Virus record (IMG/VR): IMGVR_UViG_3300021425_000050
Location: 1-54,498 of that record
Direction: 5' to 3' (one strand)
Length of the DNA: 54,498 nucleotides
Source: a virus
Taxonomy: Duplodnaviria > Caudoviricetes
How positions within the stretch are numbered: position 1 is the stretch's first letter; each line of letters starts with the position of its first letter. This document shows positions 48,512-54,498 of this stretch, piece by piece. Under the pieces are notes generated by a model that was not told where the DNA came from, did no database searches, and saw only the letters and a list, made by a program, of their open reading frames with translations. Made by a program: the position numbers and the translations under genes.

Positions 48512-49747
48512 ATGAGTAAGTGGACTTATGACCCTTCCGAGTCAATCGACATCGGAGGTAAAAACTTTCATTTAACACCTGATAGAAAAGAATTTATCGA
48601 GGCGTTAAAATCAAAATACCCAAACAAGTTAGAGTTTTCAAAAGAAGACTTTGATGCTGTTGGTTATTTTCCATACTGGTTGAAATCAAACAGATATAAT
48701 TTTAAATCTGGTTCTGTTTTCAATCTTCAACCGATACTCGCTGTTTCAGATGCGCCAAAACCTGCACCTGCACCAGTGAATGTTGCACCTGCACCTGTTT
48801 ATCAAACTACTCAGATGCCAGTTGCCGCTCAGACTCAAGCAGTTAATCTGATTGAAGACAATGTGAAAATCATTCCTGAGAAGATGTCAAACTATGTTCC
48901 GTTTGGTCACTTCAAAGATGTCAAGAACATCATCAAGTCTAAGATTTTCTTTCCTGTTTTCGTGACAGGTCTTTCTGGTAACGGTAAGACTTTGATGATT
49001 GAACAAGTTTGTGCTCAGTTGAAGAGAGAACTTTACAGAGTCAATATCACCATCGAGACTGATGAAGATGATTTAATGGGTGGTCACACTCTACAAAATG
49101 GCAACATTACTTTCAGAGAAGGTCCTGTTGTTAAGGCGATGAGAAAAGGTGCTGTTCTTCTCTTAGATGAAGTCGACCTTGGTTCTAACAAGTTAATGTG
49201 TTTACAGTCAGTTCTTGAAGGTAAAGGTTATCTAATCAAGAAGACTGGCGAGTGGGTGACACCTGCACCAGGTTTTACAGTTCTTGCGACTGCTAATACA
49301 AAAGGTCAAGGGTCAGAAGATGGCAAGTTCATCGGTACCCAAATCATGAACGAGGCGATGCTTGAGAGATTCGCTATCACAATGCAACAAGAATACCCAC
49401 CAGTGACTACTGAGAGAAGTATTCTGAAAAAAGAAATGGCGTTGAGTGGCGATGTCGATGAAGATTTCACAAAGAAACTTGTCGATTGGGCAGACATTAT
49501 CAGAAAAACCTACTATGAAGGTGCGATTGATGATGTCATTACAACAAGAAGACTTGTTCACATTGTCAATGCATTCAGAATGTTCGGCGACAAGTTAAAG
49601 TCAATCGAGATGTGCATATCAAGGTTCGATGAAGAAACTAGAAATGCAGTTCTAGACCTTTACAGTAAAGTCGATGAGGGAGTTGATTTAACAGAAAACT
49701 CCCTAGACGAATCTTCTGATTCAGAGTATAATGATAACGATGAGTAA
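48512..49747 (+). CDS. cobS: CobS-like (MoxR-type) AAA+ ATPase
   Basis: GLSGNGKT, LLLDE, ATANTKG.G and NEA.LERF motifs; typical of marine T4-like phages. Confidence 0.88.
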   Translation: MSKWTYDPSESIDIGGKNFHLTPDRKEFIEALKSKYPNKLEFSKEDFDAVGYFPYWLKSNRYNFKSGSVFNLQPILAVSDAPKPAPAPVNVAPAPVYQTTQMPVAAQTQAVNLIEDNVKIIPEKMSNYVPFGHFKDVKNIIKSKIFFPVFVTGLSGNGKTLMIEQVCAQLKRELYRVNITIETDEDDLMGGHTLQNGNITFREGPVVKAMRKGAVLLLDEVDLGSNKLMCLQSVLEGKGYLIKKTGEWVTPAPGFTVLATANTKGQGSEDGKFIGTQIMNEAMLERFAITMQQEYPPVTTERSILKKEMALSGDVDEDFTKKLVDWADIIRKTYYEGAIDDVITTRRLVHIVNAFRMFGDKLKSIEMCISRFDEETRNAVLDLYSKVDEGVDLTENSLDESSDSEYNDNDE

Positions 49748-50042
49748 GGAAATAGATTACAAATACAACGAGAGGGCTCTTATAGAAGAGTTCTCTCAGT
49801 ATATTGATAATACTTATGACCAACATTACTCACTAAACAAATACCAGTCCACTGAGTTCATTATAGACAGTGGTCATGGCGAGGGTTTTTGTATCGGCAA
49901 TATTATGAAATATGCCCAAAGATACGGAAAAAAAGGTGGCAGAAACAGAGCAGACTTGATGAAGGTCTTACATTATGCTTTGTTCATGCTACATGTTCAC
50001 GATAAAAGCATAATGGAGGCAAACAGTGATGAAAATAAGTAA
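49740..50042 (+). CDS. DUF3310-like conserved phage protein
   Basis: YI..TY..HY, GF..GNI.KY..RYGKK.G and DL.K..HY motifs. ATG 49740 preferred. Confidence 0.75.
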   Translation: MSKEIDYKYNERALIEEFSQYIDNTYDQHYSLNKYQSTEFIIDSGHGEGFCIGNIMKYAQRYGKKGGRNRADLMKVLHYALFMLHVHDKSIMEANSDENK

Positions 50043-50694
50043 CGAAACCAGAAGTATATTAAAAAACTTCTCAACTATTAACAGCGGTATTAAAGTAGAG
50101 TCTGGTCAACAACTCAAAACAATATCGAATATGAAAAACATTCTTGCAGTTGCAAATGTATCAGAATCATTTGGGCAAGAATTTAGTATCTACAACCTAT
50201 CAGAATTTCTAGGTGCAACTTCTCTATTAGAGAATCCAGAGTTCAACTTCAATGAGAGTTCAGTATCTATTTCAGATACAGATTCATCAATGACTTATTT
50301 CTATGCATCAGAAGGTATGGTCGCTTCGCCAGAGAAGATGATTACAATGCCAGATGCAGAGATTAAGATTGATGTATCATCTTCTTTGTTAGATGAATTA
50401 CAAAAGGCAGCTAGTGTTCTAGGCGTAAACGATTTACAACTCATTTCAGATGGCACTAAAGTAAGTTTAGTAGTCACTGATAAAAAGAATGCAACTTCCA
50501 ATACATTCTCTAGGACTGTTGGCGAAGGCAATGGCGTGTCATTTACAATGAACTTTAAGATTGAGAACCTTAAAATTCTAGATGGCAACTACGAGGTGTT
50601 TGTATCATCAAAAGGAATCTCTAACTTTAAGAATAAAGATATCGATTTAGAATACTTTATTGCATTAGAACCTGATTCTGTATACAATGCCTAA
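50029..50694 (+). CDS. gp45: Sliding clamp gp45
   Basis: MKIS.ET..ILKNF..IN, F.IY.L.EFL, K.ENLK...G.Y and Y.IALE motifs. Confidence 0.93.
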   Translation: MKISNETRSILKNFSTINSGIKVESGQQLKTISNMKNILAVANVSESFGQEFSIYNLSEFLGATSLLENPEFNFNESSVSISDTDSSMTYFYASEGMVASPEKMITMPDAEIKIDVSSSLLDELQKAASVLGVNDLQLISDGTKVSLVVTDKKNATSNTFSRTVGEGNGVSFTMNFKIENLKILDGNYEVFVSSKGISNFKNKDIDLEYFIALEPDSVYNA

Positions 50695-50808
50695 ACTAAA
50701 TATTTTTAGTGTGTCAGTTGTGCCAGTCTCCGCAACTTTCATGGGAGTATCGGAATCTCATCATCTTTGGTCCGATACACAAACAACAGGTGGGGGTTGT
50801 TCCTTATT

Positions 50809-51750
50809 ATGAAACAAGAATTTTTATATGTTGAAAAGTATCGTCCTCAAAACATTGGGGACACGATACTACCCAAAGGGGTAAAAAAATCATTCGAAGA
50901 GTTCGTTCAGAACAAAGAAATACCTAATCTATTACTATGTGGCACAGCAGGCACAGGTAAGACTACAATCGCTAAGGCGATGTGTAATGAACTAGGTGCT
51001 GACTTCATTGTAATCAATGGGTCAGATGAGGGTCGTCTTATCGATACTCTAAGAACTAAAATCAAAAACTTTGCATCTACAGTATCACTTTCAGGTGGTC
51101 CTAAAGTTGTTATCTTAGATGAGGCAGATTACATATCTGCTGAGTCAGTTCAACCTGCATTGAGAAACTTCATAGAAGAGTTCTCATCTAACTGTAGATT
51201 CATATTCACTTGTAATTATAAGAATCGTATCATTGCACCTCTACATAGTAGATGCACAGTAATCGATTTCAGTATACCCAAATCTGAGAAGTCTAAACTT
51301 GCAGGTGAATTCTTACAAAGACTTATACAAATCTGTAATGAAGAAGGAATTAAGTATGAAGAAAAGGTATTAGTAGAACTGATATTGAAATTCTTTCCAG
51401 ATTTCAGACGATGTATCAACGAAGTTCAGCGATATGGTGCCTCTGGTGTAATCGATAGTGGTCTACTAGCGACACTTTCAGAAGAAAAACTTACACCATT
51501 GATTGATATGTTGGCGAATAAAGATTGGTCTAACATGAGAAAGTGGGTCGGTCAGAATTCAGATAATGATTTGAATACACTTTACAGAAAAGTATTCAAT
51601 GCATTAGAACAAAGACTCGAACCAAGTTCTATACCTGCCGCTGTATTATTCATTGCAGACTATCAATACAAGTCTGCCTTTGCAATGGATTCAGAAATCA
51701 ATTTCGTTGCATGTTTAACAGAAATTATGTCGGAGTGTAAATTCAAATGA
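50809..51750 (+). CDS. gp44: Clamp loader large subunit gp44
   Basis: EKYRP, GTAGTGKTT, ILDEAD, LHSRC and FPDFRR motifs. Confidence 0.95.
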   Translation: MKQEFLYVEKYRPQNIGDTILPKGVKKSFEEFVQNKEIPNLLLCGTAGTGKTTIAKAMCNELGADFIVINGSDEGRLIDTLRTKIKNFASTVSLSGGPKVVILDEADYISAESVQPALRNFIEEFSSNCRFIFTCNYKNRIIAPLHSRCTVIDFSIPKSEKSKLAGEFLQRLIQICNEEGIKYEEKVLVELILKFFPDFRRCINEVQRYGASGVIDSGLLATLSEEKLTPLIDMLANKDWSNMRKWVGQNSDNDLNTLYRKVFNALEQRLEPSSIPAAVLFIADYQYKSAFAMDSEINFVACLTEIMSECKFK

Positions 51751-51923
51751 GTATATCAGAAGAAATGAAATATCAATTACAAATCATTGTTGATGCAGGT
51801 GAAATAGTCAAAGCATTGATAGATGAGGGTCATGAAGATATCGCAATCTTTGACGAACCTCTTACCGATATCCTAGGTGCAACTAACGAAGTCTTACAAG
51901 AGATTGATGGAGGTTGGTCATAA
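51747..51923 (+). CDS. Small acidic hypothetical protein (58 aa; not in ORF track)
   Basis: ATGA/TAATG coupling on both sides. MSISEEMKYQ...IDGGWS. Confidence 0.6.
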   Translation: MSISEEMKYQLQIIVDAGEIVKALIDEGHEDIAIFDEPLTDILGATNEVLQEIDGGWS

Positions 51924-52048
51924 TGGGTAAAATTAGACAATGGTTCCAAAGATGGTTAGATAAACAAGTTGAAAGGTCTTTTCAGAGACAAGCGAATAAA
52001 TTATTTGACAAAGCAAAGATACATTATAGAGATGGAGATAATACATAA
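51923..52048 (+). CDS. Small basic hypothetical protein (41 aa; not in ORF track)
   Basis: TAATG coupling on both sides. MGKIRQWFQRWLDKQ...YRDGDNT. Confidence 0.6.
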   Translation: MGKIRQWFQRWLDKQVERSFQRQANKLFDKAKIHYRDGDNT

Positions 52049-52323
52049 TGGGTCAGTATGATGATAGAGTAGAGCGACAAAGACTTCTTATCAAAGCAGA
52101 AGAGTGGGCTCAAGGTGTAAAATCAATGCATGCTCATAGTCTAAGTTCGATGTGGTATGATGATAGACCCGAAGACACTGCTGACGGCAAAGGTGTATTA
52201 GATATAGAATACAACAGTGGTCGAATTGAAAGAACATTACATGATAATTCAAAAGTATCTTTTGGTGAAGAACTAAAGGGCGATGCTCTTATTGATGCAT
52301 ACTCAAAAGTATACAATGGCTAA
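52048..52323 (+). CDS. Hypothetical protein
   Basis: Coupled ORF between gp44 and gp62. Confidence 0.6.
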   Translation: MGQYDDRVERQRLLIKAEEWAQGVKSMHAHSLSSMWYDDRPEDTADGKGVLDIEYNSGRIERTLHDNSKVSFGEELKGDALIDAYSKVYNG

Positions 52324-52714
52324 ACGAAATCCATTTGATTTTGTAGCGTCGGTCTCTTACGACAAAAAAGATATCATGGTTGATGATATCGAAGAGAAAG
52401 CATATCAACCATTCTTGATAAACAAGGCATTATCTTACCACCAAGATGCTGTCTTTCTAGTAAACGAGATGAATGTTCGACATGGTTCGGACAACCGTCT
52501 TCAATACTTGTTTTTCATAAATACTCTTAGAAAACGAAAACGATTTTCGAAATGGCAAAAACCTTACGAAAGTAAGAAACTAGATGCTATCAAAGAATAC
52601 TTCGGCGTTTCTACACAGAAGGCGAAGGAGTACCTAGAGTTATTGACTGATAAGCAATATGTTGACTTGAAGGATAGTATGAAAACCGGTGGAAAGAATA
52701 ATGGAAGAAGATAA
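52316..52714 (+). CDS. gp62: Clamp loader small subunit gp62
   Basis: PF....S...K, Y.PF.IN..LS...D....NEMN, QY.F......KRKRFSKW and A..YL.LL motifs. Confidence 0.9.
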   Translation: MAKRNPFDFVASVSYDKKDIMVDDIEEKAYQPFLINKALSYHQDAVFLVNEMNVRHGSDNRLQYLFFINTLRKRKRFSKWQKPYESKKLDAIKEYFGVSTQKAKEYLELLTDKQYVDLKDSMKTGGKNNGRR

Positions 52715-53105
52715 ACTTGTAAAAGAATTAGTAGAAATAACATTTCCAGAAAAAGACGACTTCTTAAAGATAAGAGAAACCTTATCTCGTATTGGTGTGG
52801 CATCAAGAAAAGATAAAGAGTTATTTCAATCTTGTCATATTCTACACAAAAAAGGTAAATACTACATCGTTCACTTCAAAGAACTATTCAAGTTAGATGG
52901 TAAACAAACTAATTTTGATGAATCAGATGTGGGTAGAAGAAACACTATTATCGATTTATTAAGACAATGGAATCTGATATCAGTAGTTGAAGACACTCAA
53001 ATAGTTGAACCTAGAGCACCTCTGAGTCAAATAAAGGTCATTCCTTTCAAAGAAAAGACTGAATGGAAACTTACACAAAAATACTCAATAGGGTCAAATA
53101 ACTAA
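52701..53105 (+). CDS. regA: Translational repressor RegA
   Basis: DDFLKIRETLSRIG.AS, LFQSCHILHK.G.YYIVHFKELF.LDG and RRN.I..LL..W motifs. Confidence 0.95.
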   Translation: MEEDKLVKELVEITFPEKDDFLKIRETLSRIGVASRKDKELFQSCHILHKKGKYYIVHFKELFKLDGKQTNFDESDVGRRNTIIDLLRQWNLISVVEDTQIVEPRAPLSQIKVIPFKEKTEWKLTQKYSIGSNN

Positions 53106-53154
53106 CATTACCTTATAAATACCTTAGTTAATATAACCAAGAAAGGAGGAACAT

Positions 53155-53361
53155 ATGTTCTCAGGAATTATTGACTTTATCATGGGTATATGGAACCTAT
53201 TAATGATTATCCCTATAGTCATTTCAATCTGTAGTGTAATTGTCGCTTTGACACCTACACCTAAAGATGACAAACTATGGGCTAAGGTCTATACATACCT
53301 AGAAGTGCTTGCACTTGCTATTGGTAAAGCTAAAGATAAAAACCCCTTGTTAAAAAAGTAA
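53155..53361 (+). CDS. Small membrane protein (possibly holin-like)
   Basis: Hydrophobic helix followed by ALTPTPKDD. TATAAATA at 53114-53121 and SD AGGAGG. Confidence 0.55.
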   Translation: MFSGIIDFIMGIWNLLMIIPIVISICSVIVALTPTPKDDKLWAKVYTYLEVLALAIGKAKDKNPLLKK

Positions 53362-53404
53362 GCTTCTGATATACTAGACTTACATAATTAGTGAGGTAAA
53401 TATT

Positions 53405-53692
53405 ATGGAATACTTTATTGCAATAGTAGTGTTAGTTGTTGTTGTTTACGCTTTTGTAAACAGAGGCAAAGGGAACGAAAGTTCATCCTCAACAGTATCA
53501 ACACCTGCACCAGCACCAGCACCTGCACCAGCAGTTGCCGATGCAAACGGTAATGGTATAACTTCTAAAGCAGAGTTAAAGAAACTAACAAAGAATCAAT
53601 TATTTGATTTGGCGGAAAGACAATCTCTGAAAATTAAGAAGAGTGGTACTAAAGCACAAGTTATCAACGAGATACACTCACAGTTGAAATAA
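53405..53692 (+). CDS. Membrane-anchored protein with PA linker, Dx[DN]xDG-like loop and Rho_N/HeH-like C-terminus
   Basis: N-terminal TM, PAPAPAPAP, DANGNGITS..E and LKKLTK.QL..LA........SGTKAQVI. Confidence 0.55.
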   Translation: MEYFIAIVVLVVVVYAFVNRGKGNESSSSTVSTPAPAPAPAPAVADANGNGITSKAELKKLTKNQLFDLAERQSLKIKKSGTKAQVINEIHSQLK

Positions 53693-53711
53693 ATCTGATT
53701 TTTAATCAGTT

Positions 53712-53739
53712 AAAAAGGGACTTTAGGGTCCCTTTTTTT
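53712..53739 (+). terminator. Rho-independent terminator
   Basis: AAAAAGGGAC-TTTAGG-GTCCC followed by a T-run. Confidence 0.85.
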
Positions 53740-53775
53740 ATGGGCAAAGGAAACGAAAAGCATAAATAATCGTGT

Positions 53776-54072
53776 ATGGAAGATTTGTTATTGTTAGTTG
53801 AAGAAGTCGGTATCCCAATTGCAGGTGCAATTGTGATGGCTTTCTTTATCTTCCTTACCTTGAAATACATCTTAGAGGGTGTTGCAGATGATGTAGACAC
53901 TCTTACAGGTATGTCTTCTATGTTAGAAGATAGATGTAGAGCGATGAATAATGAAATCATAAAAATTGACTTGTTGATATCTCAGGCACTAGAACTCTCA
54001 CCAGATTTAGAACGAGTCGCAAGAGCAGAAAATTTTATCGAAGATGGTGGAATTGATGCAAGGCGAGATTAA
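53776..54072 (+). CDS. Membrane protein preceding curli-like gene
   Basis: VG.PI..A..M..FIF...KYI, similar to the next ORF. CATAAATA at 53761-53768. Confidence 0.6.
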   Translation: MEDLLLLVEEVGIPIAGAIVMAFFIFLTLKYILEGVADDVDTLTGMSSMLEDRCRAMNNEIIKIDLLISQALELSPDLERVARAENFIEDGGIDARRD

Positions 54073-54074
54073 TC

Positions 54075-54371
54075 ATGGAAGAAGTATCAGTAGTTCAAGA
54101 GATAGTCAATGTTGTCAACGATTTTGGATTCCCTTTTGTTATGAGTTTAGGAATGGGGTACTTCATATATTTCATATGGAAGTATGTCACGGAAGAGCTT
54201 GAACCTAAAATAGACAAACAAAGATTGGCATTGATAAAACTCATTGACCAAATGAGAATGTTAGACCAAGACCAAATACGATTACAACAAAAACTGAATA
54301 CAGTTTTAGAATATCGTAAAGCAGAACGATTGAGGAGTCAGAATGTTAAAAAAAGAATTACTAAGTCTTAG
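54075..54371 (+). CDS. Membrane protein preceding curli-like gene (paralog of previous)
   Basis: FGFP.....GMGYFIYFIWKYV followed by LI.LID..RMLD.D.IRL..K. Confidence 0.6.
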   Translation: MEEVSVVQEIVNVVNDFGFPFVMSLGMGYFIYFIWKYVTEELEPKIDKQRLALIKLIDQMRMLDQDQIRLQQKLNTVLEYRKAERLRSQNVKKRITKS

Positions 54372-54498
54372 TCTATTGATTGCACTACCAAGTAGTGCTG
54401 ATATAGTCCACAAATTTAAAAACCCAAGTTTCAGTGGTATAGGAACTGGTGCTCATTATCTTACCATTGAGAACCAAGAGTCCAGCCGTAAGAAAGCA
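54343..54498 (+). CDS. csgF: Curli assembly protein CsgF-like (5' part; runs off the window; not in ORF track)
   Basis: SD GAGGAG. Signal peptide MLKKELLSLSLLIALPSSA followed by DIVHKFKNPSFSG.G...HYLTIENQE, matching the F.NP.F.G N-terminus of mature CsgF. Confidence 0.7.
   Translation, partial: MLKKELLSLSLLIALPSSADIVHKFKNPSFSGIGTGAHYLTIENQESSRKKA

Noticed and set aside
43894-49747. Cobalamin biosynthesis function for the CobS/CobT-like genes
   Set aside because: The motifs show a generic MoxR-type AAA+/vWA pair common in T4-like phages. No cobN or other cob genes are present.
1274-53960. Numerous minus-strand and nested ORFs in the ORF track (e.g. 3953-4498, 15285-15779, 31167-31571)
   Set aside because: They are shadows of + strand genes with biased codon use or repeats, with no recognisable motifs or translation signals.
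1-54498. tRNA, rRNA, integrase or transposase genes
   Set aside because: None recognised by eye. Intergenic gaps are short and lack cloverleaf/T-loop signatures. A tRNAscan run would be needed to exclude tRNAs formally.

Overview
This window is a 54.5 kb, AT-rich, almost entirely + strand segment of a marine-type T4-like myovirus genome (cyanophage/pelagimyophage-style gene order). The host cannot be determined from this window. From left to right it holds: the end of a VrlC-like structural gene and a tail-fibre region (1-15.8 kb); a glycosyltransferase / sulfotransferase-like / 2OG-Fe(II) oxygenase cluster (15.8-20.8 kb); the neck-terminase-tail-head block gp13-gp23 and gp3; uvsY, uvsW, an island of tiny membrane proteins, gp55, gp47, gp46 and peptide deformylase; CobT/CobS-like genes behind three repeated sigma70-type promoters; gp45, gp44, gp62 and regA; and the start of a curli-like (csgF) operon. 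The standout observation is two adjacent gene pairs (13240-14859 + 14877-15809, and 3830-5593 + 5596-6405) whose proline-punctuated repeat tracts mirror each other at the protein level. In the first pair, 40 of 40 Pro-delimited unit lengths match when the second protein is read backwards (284 residues each), and facing units follow a fixed complementarity code (for example PNIRxAQx always faces PFTYQHRS). I found no DNA-level inverted repeat behind this. It suggests a two-chain antiparallel protein zipper fibre with a cargo at its tip: a Hint/BIL autoprocessing domain in one pair and a Ser/Thr/Gly-rich domain in the other. All product calls come from motif recognition and synteny by eye; no database searches were run.
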